A stretch of 63,815 nucleotides of DNA, filler included, from Gemmatimonadota bacterium (GTDB lineage Bacteria > 4572-55 > J002): NCBI GenBank assembly GCA_003697105.1. It is 4 parts of 4 records of this genome, joined end to end, with 100 filler letters (N's around TTAATTAATTAA, not from the genome) between each part and the next. Parts side by side here need not be neighbours in the genome. Positions count along the whole stretch, not along the records: positions 1 to 24,572 come from RFFQ01000068.1; positions 24,673 to 40,572 come from RFFQ01000008.1; 2 more parts are not named here. One strand, given 5' to 3'. Under the pieces are notes generated by a model, which ran no database searches, was not told where the DNA came from, and saw nothing but the letters and a program-made list of their open reading frames with translations. A program made the position numbers and the translations under genes. Shown here piece by piece: positions 19,236 to 28,333 of this stretch (position 1 is the first letter of the stretch; every line of letters starts with the position of its first letter).

Positions 19236-21755
19236 TCCCAACTTTTCTCTCACCAGTTGCAAGTTCTGTTGGGCCGCCACATTGTCCGGGTCTTCTTCCA
19301 AAATCCGCTCATACTCGGCTTTTGCCTGCAAGTAATTTCCCAATTTTTCATAAACAATCCCCAAATTATTACGCACCGCATGTGCCCGGGGATTGATGTT
19401 TAGTGCCTCCTTAAAAACCGCAATTGCCTGTTCATTTTTGCCCATGTGGCTATATGCCACCCCCAAATTCCCCCATAGTTCCATGTTCGTTTGTTGGTCG
19501 AGGAGTGCCATTTCATAATGCTGGATAGCCGCCGGATAATCACCGGCTAAATCTGCCAGATAGGCTAACCCTTGATGTGCCTGCGACTGTAAAGAATCCT
19601 GTGCCAACACTGCTTGAAATGCCTGTGCGGCAGTTGCCCGGTCTCCCGCTTGTAGTGCCGCAAATCCGGTAGAGAGAAGACGATCCATCTCATTTTGGGG
19701 CGAGGATAACGTTTGCAATTTCTTCTGAAGAGCCTCACGTTGGGGGGTGTATGGATCGATTTGCAACGCCTGCCGGTAGTAATCCGCCGCGTGATCGAGC
19801 TGCCCTTGTTGTTCATAGCATTGTGCCAAATTGATGTAGCCGGTTGCCGCCGTCGGGAGCAGTTGTATTACGGTTTCATATTCTCGAATCGCCAAATCAT
19901 AGCGTTGTTGGTAAAAATAGACGTTGCCCAAGTTATTCCGAAACTGGGCTTCCGTAGGATGTAACTTAACGGCGCGGCGCAAATAGAGTTCAGCTAAAGG
20001 GTAAATCCGGTCTTGCAGATAAGCACTGCCTAAATGATACAAATTATAAGGGTCACCCGGATCGAGCTTGACTGCCGCTCTTAATGTCTTGATACCCACT
20101 TCCATGTGGTGATGTTCAACCAACACATTCCCAACGACGCTCAGAATATCCTTGCTATCATAGGCTAATTCTGCCGCTTGCTGATAATACTTCTGGGCTG
20201 TAGCCGGCTGGTCACTCCAGAGCGGTTGCCCTGCCATCAACAGATACCGTGCCAGTAGGTTGCGGTCTCCCTGCGAGAGCCGGTGCGCTTCCACGATCGT
20301 CTCAATATCCCATGAATCCGGTGCGCCCCACGGGCGAATGACCTGTGGGAAAGGCATCGTGTTTGGAACGTCCAGATAAACCACACCCACCGGATATGCC
20401 CGCATTTGCAATGTCCGTTGCAAAATAAAATCATTGATTGCCGCTAAAGGACGACCCGACACAGGCAACTGCGCATACAACGCCTCGGGTTCCGGTTCGT
20501 AATTAAAGATGATCCCATCCCGTATTGTCACATCGGGACGGCGTTGCTCAACCCACTGCACATAAGCGGCGGTAAAAACCGGCTCCGCTTCATGAGCCAC
20601 CAGCACCGCATCGGGAGGCAAACTACGAAACACATTTTGAGTGTAATCATAAGCAATAAAATTTTGCCGCTGCGGCTTTGAAGGATAATTAATTCCCACC
20701 GTGCTGAGCAACACGGTCACACCCAATACCTGCGCCACAAATTTCAACTGGGATAACCAAAGGAGTTGCAACAGATATCCAGCCAGCACCACACCCACCA
20801 AAATCACCGGCAGATAGTAGGGCTGAATATCGGGGATGTTGTAATTGAGGGCAAAAATTAATGAAATCAAGCCAAAGATAACCAGCGCAAAAACATCCCA
20901 TGCCTGTTTTTTCACCGCTACCACAATCCCGATCGTGCTAAAAATCAACAGGAAAAAGGGCAGTTGGGCAGAGAGTGTCCAGAAGGCATCTTGATACCGG
21001 TGCAGAAATTGAGCAAAGGTTTGGTTAAACAGAAACCCCCCGAACTTCAAGCCAAGAATATGGGCCAATAAATTTGCCGGTTGGGATAAATCCCCCCAAA
21101 ATTGATCCGGACGGAAAGCGGAGCGGAGCGGAAGATAGAGAAAGATGGTCAAAAAGAGTCCCGAAATACCCATCAAGGTCAGTCCGGTGAGCACTGGGGG
21201 GAAACGGTCTTTTTGCCAGCCGCGCCAGACCATGTAGATCAGGGTCGGGGTCAAAAAAATCAGGGTTAAATGATGTGTAATCGCTAAACTATGAAAGATG
21301 GCAATCGCATAAAGCCACTGGCGATTGCCCGTCTGTTGGTAGGTAAGTGCGACGTAAAGAATCAGTACAATAAAAAGCATACTGAGCGAGTACACTTCCG
21401 TACTGATTGCGTGAAGCCACATCAATTGTGAAAAGGCGAAGATTAAACTGGTGTACGCGGCGATTTCTTTTGAGGCAAACCACCGAACCAGCAGTTCAAA
21501 AAGAAGAGCAATACATATTGCCCCCATTACAGCACTGAGCAAGTTCACCCGGAAAGCAACCGTACCCAGTGGCAACCATGTGAAGATATGGGCAATCAAC
21601 GTATAGAGTGGGTAACCCGGCGGATGAACGGTTTCCAAGAGAAACGCTCCGGTAACCAGTTCCCCCGAATCACCGACCGTAATGGTAGGAGCTAACGTCT
21701 GTAAATAGAGCAAAAACGCGGCAACGCCAATAACATAAGCGGGTCGAAAGTTCAT
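19227..21755 (-). CDS. DUF2723 (TMEM260-like GT-C) membrane protein with C-terminal TPR repeats
   Basis: LYLQTLAPTI..GDSGEL......V.HPPGYPLY, RVNLLSA, EVYSL; multiple TPRs (NNLG..Y, YINLA); start uncertain. Confidence 0.85.
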   Translation of the reverse strand: MNFRPAYVIGVAAFLLYLQTLAPTITVGDSGELVTGAFLLETVHPPGYPLYTLIAHIFTWLPLGTVAFRVNLLSAVMGAICIALLFELLVRWFASKEIAAYTSLIFAFSQLMWLHAISTEVYSLSMLFIVLILYVALTYQQTGNRQWLYAIAIFHSLAITHHLTLIFLTPTLIYMVWRGWQKDRFPPVLTGLTLMGISGLFLTIFLYLPLRSAFRPDQFWGDLSQPANLLAHILGLKFGGFLFNQTFAQFLHRYQDAFWTLSAQLPFFLLIFSTIGIVVAVKKQAWDVFALVIFGLISLIFALNYNIPDIQPYYLPVILVGVVLAGYLLQLLWLSQLKFVAQVLGVTVLLSTVGINYPSKPQRQNFIAYDYTQNVFRSLPPDAVLVAHEAEPVFTAAYVQWVEQRRPDVTIRDGIIFNYEPEPEALYAQLPVSGRPLAAINDFILQRTLQMRAYPVGVVYLDVPNTMPFPQVIRPWGAPDSWDIETIVEAHRLSQGDRNLLARYLLMAGQPLWSDQPATAQKYYQQAAELAYDSKDILSVVGNVLVEHHHMEVGIKTLRAAVKLDPGDPYNLYHLGSAYLQDRIYPLAELYLRRAVKLHPTEAQFRNNLGNVYFYQQRYDLAIREYETVIQLLPTAATGYINLAQCYEQQGQLDHAADYYRQALQIDPYTPQREALQKKLQTLSSPQNEMDRLLSTGFAALQAGDRATAAQAFQAVLAQDSLQSQAHQGLAYLADLAGDYPAAIQHYEMALLDQQTNMELWGNLGVAYSHMGKNEQAIAVFKEALNINPRAHAVRNNLGIVYEKLGNYLQAKAEYERILEEDPDNVAAQQNLQLVREKLGSE

Positions 21756-21849
21756 TGCCAAAACCTTACCAAAATCGTGAAATGAAGCCGCGACGAGTTT
21801 TCCCTCCATCGCGGCTTCTGAAAAAGAGATACAGTAAAAGCCGTAGCCC

Positions 21850-24420
21850 TTATTTTTTACCATCCGCCATGGCTTTGACCTGTTCTTCCAGTTTGGCGAG
21901 GCGTTCTTTCAGGGTTTTGTTTTCATCATGCAGGGAACCGAGTTCAGTCTCAAAATCCGCTTTTAAATGTTTCCGTCCGGCTTTTTGGCGAATTTCACGC
22001 ACACTGTTGCGGATTGCCCGCCGGATAAAGTCCGCCGGGTCGCTGGTGGCTAATTTTTCCAGATGGCGCAACGCGTTGGGGTCACCCAATGCCGCCAATG
22101 CCGAGATGGTCATCCGCCGGACAAACATGTAGTTATCATCCAACAGCGGAATGAGAAACTCGCGAACATCCGTTTTGGTTTCATCATCCAATTTATCCGC
22201 CAGCCGTCCCAGTGCCATGATCGCCGCCAATCGTGCCCACACGGGCTTGCCATACGCCGCCCATTCCTTCAACACAGGAATACCGGCTTTCTCACGCAGT
22301 TCGACAATTCCGTTCAGCACTGCGGTGCGGATCACATCCCGGTGGGAATCACGCTCCAAGCCTTTTAGGATGGTTTTGTACGCCCCTTCAACATCAATTT
22401 TGGCGATTGACTGAATCGCCGCGGCAACCGCAAAATAGCTCCCATCTTTTTTGATGACCTTTTTCAGTTTCTTAAATACGCTGTCATCATGTTTAAATTC
22501 ACCCAGCGCCGCAATTGCCGCCCGCCGGACCCACGAATGGTCATGATCCAGTGCCGCAAACAGTGCGTCGCGTGCCGCTTCGCTGCGCAAATTGCCCAAG
22601 GCTTTTGCCGCCGCCATACTGACGTAGAAGAAACTATCCGTAAGCATCGCCATTTTTAACGCTTCGACAACTTCCATATCACCATTGATTTTCCCCAGTT
22701 CTTGGCAGGCATGGCGACGACCAGCAACGGTTGTCGCATGTTTTAATTGGTACAACGCTTCTTTTTTGGATTTTTTGAACTCCAGCGTTTTGGTCAACCA
22801 TGAATTCGGGTCAAAAACGATCATATCCGGTTTTTTGGAGGCAGGGAAATAGAAGGTTTGCTCCCGTTTTTCCAAATCTACGCGATACATTTGGGTGCGT
22901 TCACCGGTGGTCACAGCAATTTCTAAAGGCGTACGGTAGATTTTCTCTTCGTCTTGTTCGTTTTCTGCTTGTTTTTGGGTGATCGAAACCACCGCCATCT
23001 TCAGCTCTTTTTTCCATTCCCACTTGACCTCAAATTCGGGGTGTCCGGCACGGTAAACCCACTGGCGAAAAAACCAATCCAGACTTTTACCGGTGGCTTC
23101 TTCAAAAGCAATTCGTAAATCGGTGGTTTCAGCAATCTTACCGGCAAATTTGCGGGTGTAATATTGAATCCCTTTCCACCACAGTTCATCTCCCAGATAA
23201 AACCGGAGCATATGCAACACACACGCTCCCTTGTTGTAGGAGTGGGTATCGTACATATCCACATGATGGTGATATTTGTTGGTCACAATCGGGCGAAAGT
23301 ACGGCGACGCGAGATACTCATCCTGCTCCTCAATCATGCGCCAATCGAACATATCTTTACCGTAGTAATCCTCAAACCAAAGCGGATCAAAATACGACGC
23401 AAACCCCTCCTTAACCCACAGATGCTCAAAATTTTTGATGGTAATATGATCCCCATACCACTGGTGCGCCAATTCATGCGCGACCAACCCCTCACTGCGA
23501 TGCCACACATCGGGGTGCGCGGCTTTATCGTGCAGAATCGTTTCGATCATGACCGTCAGAGAGGTATCCTCCATACCTCCAAAAGTGAAATCCCGTACCA
23601 CAACCTGACCATATTTGGCGTGAGGGTAACGTACTCCGGTACATTTGGAGAAAAATTCGACCATGTGCGGCGTTTTACCGAAACAATCCTCAATCTGGTC
23701 CGCAAGTCCCTTTGGGACCCAATAGGGAAGGGGAATATCTTCAAAATAGTCTGTTTTCTCATCAAATTCACCGGCAATGACCACGATCAAATAGGTCGGA
23801 TGGGGCACATCTTGTTTCCAATGAAAGGTACGTGTGCCATCTTCATTTTCAACCGTTTCAACCAATCCACCATTCGATAACGCCGTGTAGGGTTTCGCAA
23901 TCGTTAATTTAGCCTCGGTGGTGCATTTGTCGTTGGGGAAATCAAAAATAGGTAGCCAATGACGATTATCAACCGATTCACCTTGCGTCCAGATCATCTT
24001 TTCTTTATCGGGGTATCCCTCGTCCGGGTGGACAAAAAACATGCCGTAGCGGGGATGGGCATCGTATTCAATGGTAACGGCAATCTGCTGGCGCTGGCGG
24101 TACGCCCGCCCTAAATCGATATGTAATTTATCGTCAGAAGTCGAAAAATCGAGGAGATTACCTTTGTGATCGGTGATCTGGTGAATATTGAGTTGAATAG
24201 CATCCAGTTCAAACTCCCGAAAGCCATGATTGACCGGTCGAATATGGTGTGTTACCGTACCTTTCACCTGCTTACCATCTATATCTAAATATAAATCCAT
24301 TGCAATATGATCGGTCGTGAACGTTCGATCCGGGTTCCAATGCCGTTTGGCGGTGTGGTCGGCAAACCCATCAATGCTATCATTGCGCCAAAACAGCCGT
24401 TCAGTTTTGAGAGTAGACAT
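21850..24420 (-). CDS. M1 family aminopeptidase with HEAT repeats and C-terminal coiled coil
   Basis: GGMED, HELAHQW..D......W.KEGFA (HExxH...E), Y.KG..VLHML; VR..A..ALG repeats. Confidence 0.92.
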   Translation of the reverse strand: MSTLKTERLFWRNDSIDGFADHTAKRHWNPDRTFTTDHIAMDLYLDIDGKQVKGTVTHHIRPVNHGFREFELDAIQLNIHQITDHKGNLLDFSTSDDKLHIDLGRAYRQRQQIAVTIEYDAHPRYGMFFVHPDEGYPDKEKMIWTQGESVDNRHWLPIFDFPNDKCTTEAKLTIAKPYTALSNGGLVETVENEDGTRTFHWKQDVPHPTYLIVVIAGEFDEKTDYFEDIPLPYWVPKGLADQIEDCFGKTPHMVEFFSKCTGVRYPHAKYGQVVVRDFTFGGMEDTSLTVMIETILHDKAAHPDVWHRSEGLVAHELAHQWYGDHITIKNFEHLWVKEGFASYFDPLWFEDYYGKDMFDWRMIEEQDEYLASPYFRPIVTNKYHHHVDMYDTHSYNKGACVLHMLRFYLGDELWWKGIQYYTRKFAGKIAETTDLRIAFEEATGKSLDWFFRQWVYRAGHPEFEVKWEWKKELKMAVVSITQKQAENEQDEEKIYRTPLEIAVTTGERTQMYRVDLEKREQTFYFPASKKPDMIVFDPNSWLTKTLEFKKSKKEALYQLKHATTVAGRRHACQELGKINGDMEVVEALKMAMLTDSFFYVSMAAAKALGNLRSEAARDALFAALDHDHSWVRRAAIAALGEFKHDDSVFKKLKKVIKKDGSYFAVAAAIQSIAKIDVEGAYKTILKGLERDSHRDVIRTAVLNGIVELREKAGIPVLKEWAAYGKPVWARLAAIMALGRLADKLDDETKTDVREFLIPLLDDNYMFVRRMTISALAALGDPNALRHLEKLATSDPADFIRRAIRNSVREIRQKAGRKHLKADFETELGSLHDENKTLKERLAKLEEQVKAMADGKK

Positions 24421-24460
24421 CGTCGTCCTTTCGTATAAAAGAATAGTGGGTAATTGAAAA

Positions 24461-24572
24461 TCTGACTTTCCGCACCCCTGTTTTTAGAAATTGTATTTTT
24501 CGGAATGTGAGTTATCTTATCATTTCACCGTTTTGGAGGGAAATGAAATGGATACCCATTACACCAGTAAGG
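24461..24572 (+). mobile_element. Possible IS1634-family left end and transposase start, cut by the gap
   Basis: TCTGACTTTCCGCAC end-like motif, GGAGGG SD and ATG 24548 giving MDTHYTSK. This resembles recalled IS1634 N-termini (Y.SK.LDHLG). The contig breaks here. Confidence 0.35.
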
Positions 24573-24672
24573 NNNNNNNNNNNNNNNNNNNNNNNNNNNN
24601 NNNNNNNNNNNNNNNNTTAATTAATTAANNNNNNNNNNNNNNNNNNNNNNNNNNNNNNNNNNNNNNNNNNNN
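24573..24672. other. Artificial assembly spacer
   Basis: N44-TTAATTAATTAA-N44 (stop codons in all six frames). Confidence 0.97.
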
Positions 24673-25002
24673 AAGTCAAACGTAGAAAAAGAAAACAAAT
24701 CACCATCGCACTTACGTTTTTCACCTAACTGTCAAATAAATTCGGAAATAGTTTTGTCAGTCAATCAGCCAGTACCCCTTAAAGAGCCAGCGGATGACAT
24801 GTTGGTTTCCGAGAAAGTCGTCTCTTAATGTCAGCGGATTCTCCCCCCCCCCCCCGCATGGATACTCATTTGCCATCGCATGGGTTTATTAACAAATGTA
24901 ATTGATAAACCCATTTGGACTTTTAAATTTGACTTTTCCGAGTACTCGGCTTTATTTTGTACGTCCCGTTAGCATGTTTCCTTCAGATTAAAGGATGGGA
25001 TA

Positions 25003-25635
25003 ATGCCCCGACTACGTGTGACCTATAATGCCCCCGTGATTTTGACCTTCAGCCTGCTCTGTGTGAGCGTGCTTATCATCGATAAACTCATCGGAATTGC
25101 CCCAGTCCTCTTTGCCGCACCCCCCCGCGGGATGTTCAGTATGACCAACCCATTTGATTATTTCCGCCTCTTCTCTCATATTTTGGGGCATAGTGGTTGG
25201 ACACATCTCGCAGGGAATTTTTACCTGATTTTGCTCATCGGGCCCATTCTGGAAGAAAAATACGGGTCGTTCAATTTACTGCTGATGATTCTGTTCACCG
25301 CATTTATCACGGGTGTCCTTAATGCCCTCTTGTTTCCGGCGGGCTTGATGGGTGCAAGCGGAATTGCGTTCATGCTGATTTTACTTAGCCCGTTTACCAG
25401 CACCAAACCCGGTGAAATACCCCTGACGTTTATCTTAATTGTGCTGCTTTACCTGACGCGCGAGGTGTTTCAGGCGTTTGAACCGGATAATGTCTCTCAA
25501 TTTGCCCACCTGATCGGGGGAGTTGTAGGAAGTGTGTTTGGCTTTGTCGGACTCCAGCGGGAAGGTCGGATTGAGACAACGCCCGTGCCTCCGCTCGATT
25601 CAAACTCTGATGAAAAGGATGACGTTACCCTATGA
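25003..25635 (+). CDS. Rhomboid family intramembrane serine protease
   Basis: H.GW.HL.GN, GASG, AHL.G. Confidence 0.92.
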   Translation: MPRLRVTYNAPVILTFSLLCVSVLIIDKLIGIAPVLFAAPPRGMFSMTNPFDYFRLFSHILGHSGWTHLAGNFYLILLIGPILEEKYGSFNLLLMILFTAFITGVLNALLFPAGLMGASGIAFMLILLSPFTSTKPGEIPLTFILIVLLYLTREVFQAFEPDNVSQFAHLIGGVVGSVFGFVGLQREGRIETTPVPPLDSNSDEKDDVTL

Positions 25636-26093
25636 AACAATCGGTGCTAATTGCGTTGGTTCTAGTACTCGGATTCGGTTTTATCGTTTTTCAAGTTGCC
25701 ACCACCGCAGGAACAGCCGTAGAATGGCAAACCGATTTTGCCAAAGCCCAAAATCAGGCAAACCAGCAAGGGAAATATTTACTCCTCAACTTCTCCGGTT
25801 CAGACTGGTGCGTTTGGTGTCGTCGTTTGAATGACGAGGTCTTCTCCCAACCGGAATTTAAGACGTATGCCCGCCAACATCTCGTGTTAGCCGTCGCCGA
25901 TTTCCCGCGCTACCAACACCTCCCTGAAAATCTAAAAAGACAAAATGAACGATTGAAAGCGACGTATGGAGTAAAAGGATTTCCGACCGTGATTCTCTTC
26001 AACCCCAAGGGAGAATTTGTGACACAAACGGGCTACCAACACGGCGGTGCCGCGGCTTATGTGAAGCATCTGAAAGCTTTCATTGAAAAATAG
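25632..26093 (+). CDS. Exported thioredoxin-fold protein
   Basis: Signal peptide; FSGSDWCVWC; V.GFPT. Confidence 0.9.
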   Translation: MKQSVLIALVLVLGFGFIVFQVATTAGTAVEWQTDFAKAQNQANQQGKYLLLNFSGSDWCVWCRRLNDEVFSQPEFKTYARQHLVLAVADFPRYQHLPENLKRQNERLKATYGVKGFPTVILFNPKGEFVTQTGYQHGGAAAYVKHLKAFIEK

Positions 26094-26131
26094 AAAAAGA
26101 AAACTTCATCAAACAATAATGATAACACAGC

Positions 26132-26166
26132 ATCCCCTACGAGGGTCTTGCCTCGTGGGGGATTTT
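26132..26166 (+). terminator. Intrinsic terminator-like hairpin
   Basis: ATCCCCTACGAGG / CCTCGTGGGGGAT followed by TTT. Confidence 0.65.
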
Positions 26167-26382
26167 CAGGTATAAGAGATTTCGTTAGTCATAAGTGGAT
26201 CGCTCAGGCTCGTTTTCTCTTTCCAGAATAAACGGGAACACAATTGAACCAAAAGGTAAGTAAGATTGATACCGGACAGCTTTTTGCTTATATTCACAAA
26301 AACACGCCAATTCCCATCGCTTAAACACAGGTAATCGATTGGTATTGAATGAGATAGCATGGTTTTTATAGAGGAATAATGT

Positions 26383-28245
26383 ATGTCGCAAAATCGAATC
26401 AATATCCTCCCAGAGGATGTCGCAAATAAAATTGCCGCCGGAGAAGTCGTGGAACGACCCGCATCCGTCGTGAAGGAATTAGTAGAAAACGCCATTGATG
26501 CCGGTAGCACCAAAATTCTAGTCGATGTGGAAGTTGGGGGACGGAAACGTATCCGGGTGACCGATAACGGTAGTGGTATGAGTCCACAAGATGCAGTAAA
26601 TGCCTTTAAACGGCATGCTACCAGCAAACTCCGTAGTGCCGATGATCTCAACCATATTGTAACGCTTGGTTTTCGGGGGGAAGCCTTACCCAGTATCGCT
26701 TCTGTAGCAAAAGTGGAATTACAAACTCGGACGGACGGTGCCCCTAGCGGCACGCGCCTTCGGATTGAAGGGGGTTCCCTGTTGGAACATGAACCGTGCG
26801 GCTGTCCCGTAGGAACACAATTAGACGTGGAGCGTCTCTTTTTTAATACCCCTGCCCGCTATAAATTCCTGAAAACCACAACCACAGAGATGCGCCACAT
26901 CACCGCGCATGTCACCCGCCAAGCTATTGCACACCCAGAAATCAGTTTTCGCCTGACCCATGATGACCGGAACATCTTCGATTATGCAAAAGCAACCGAT
27001 TCGCTGGCGCGTCTGCGCGATGTGTTCGGGAGTGAAACGGCAGAACAACTCATCATGGTGAAAAACGAACAATACGGTATTCGCCTTTGGGGTTTTGTAG
27101 GCAACCAGAATGCAACCCGCAAAAACAAAGATTATCAATATCTTTACATCAACCAGCGCTATATTCGTAACCCTGTCATTACCCGGGCATTGTACGATGG
27201 ATATGGCAGTGCCCTTGTCAAAGGACGGCATCCAGTGGCAGTGCTATTTATGGAAATTGATCCCGAATGGGTCGATGTGAATGTCCACCCGACAAAAGAA
27301 GAAGTCCGATTTTCCGACGGACAAACGATCTACCGTGTCGTTTATCATGCCGTGAAAAATGCGTTTCAAATTGCGACAGAAAGCATTCCCGAACACCTAC
27401 CCGGATTTTTTGAAATCGAAAATAAGGATCAGGAATCAGGGGTTAGGAAGCAGGGATTAGGGGTTAGGGATCAGGAAGCAGGGGTTAGGGAGCAGGGATC
27501 ATCATCCCAAAAGTTATGGCAGTTTCCGAATCAACCCCGCCACTACCGCCCGTCACGCCAGCACGTTGATGCCGCAATTTCGGCCTACCGCGAACCCACC
27601 GTTGATTTTGGAGAAAACACACCCCCACCAGCAGATGACCTGGATCGATTATCCCCAACCGCACCCCCCACTCCCCATTTTCGGGTATTAGGGCAATTGC
27701 ACCGGTGCTATATTTTAGCAGAATTTCAGAATGGTTTGTGGCTGGTTGACCAGCATGTGGCACATGAACGGATTCTCTATGATGAAGCAATGGCGGCACA
27801 ACGGGGGCAAACCTTTCCCTCCCAGCGGTTGCTTTTCCCGATTACTTTAAACCTTTCCGCCGAAGAATACCAGCGCTACCAAGAGGTACAGCCTATTTTG
27901 CAAAATCTGGGCTTCCAAATTACGCCTACGGACGGGCGTACCGTGCATGTGGAGGGCATCCCCACGTCGATCCGCCGCTGGAAAGACGGGCAAGCGTTAC
28001 GTGATTTGCTCGATGCCTCCGATGAAGACCCACCCCCCGTGTTAGATGATGCCGAGTGGGTTATCAACCAATATTCCTGCAAAAATGCCATCAAAAAAGG
28101 CGACCCGCTCAATCCTACCGAGATGGAAATCTTACTAAAACGATTATTTGCCACCGAAAACCCCTATACGTGCCAGCATCACCGTCCCATCATCCTTGAA
28201 ATCACGCTAACGGAATTGGATCGGAAGTTCGGGCGGAACACCTAA
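26383..28245 (+). CDS. mutL: DNA mismatch repair endonuclease MutL
   Basis: IAAGEVVERPASVVKELVEN, GFRGEAL, DQHVAHERILY, SCK, C.H.RP. Confidence 0.97.
   Translation: MSQNRINILPEDVANKIAAGEVVERPASVVKELVENAIDAGSTKILVDVEVGGRKRIRVTDNGSGMSPQDAVNAFKRHATSKLRSADDLNHIVTLGFRGEALPSIASVAKVELQTRTDGAPSGTRLRIEGGSLLEHEPCGCPVGTQLDVERLFFNTPARYKFLKTTTTEMRHITAHVTRQAIAHPEISFRLTHDDRNIFDYAKATDSLARLRDVFGSETAEQLIMVKNEQYGIRLWGFVGNQNATRKNKDYQYLYINQRYIRNPVITRALYDGYGSALVKGRHPVAVLFMEIDPEWVDVNVHPTKEEVRFSDGQTIYRVVYHAVKNAFQIATESIPEHLPGFFEIENKDQESGVRKQGLGVRDQEAGVREQGSSSQKLWQFPNQPRHYRPSRQHVDAAISAYREPTVDFGENTPPPADDLDRLSPTAPPTPHFRVLGQLHRCYILAEFQNGLWLVDQHVAHERILYDEAMAAQRGQTFPSQRLLFPITLNLSAEEYQRYQEVQPILQNLGFQITPTDGRTVHVEGIPTSIRRWKDGQALRDLLDASDEDPPPVLDDAEWVINQYSCKNAIKKGDPLNPTEMEILLKRLFATENPYTCQHHRPIILEITLTELDRKFGRNT
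27426..27502 (+). repeat. 11 tandem degenerate heptamers (GGATCAG/GAATCAG/GGGTTAG/GAAGCAG) in the mutL linker
   Basis: Read directly; 21-bp higher-order period encoding DQESGVR/KQGLGVR/DQEAGVR. Confidence 0.85.
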
Positions 28246-28333
28246 AAGAGATTGGGAATAAGTTCTAATGGCGAAAAAACCTAACGGTCTGGAAAACTGC
28301 TAGGGTCTCAAAAGGAAGCTCGGAAACGTACCC

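Noticed and set aside
23164-23880. 238-aa + strand ORF
   Set aside because: Antisense to the aminopeptidase catalytic region.
26166-26753. 195-aa - strand ORF
   Set aside because: Mostly antisense to the conserved mutL N-terminus.
28278-28306. Imperfect palindrome CCTAACGGT...ACTGCTAGG after mutL
   Set aside because: Weak and single-copy here; cannot be called REP or terminator.
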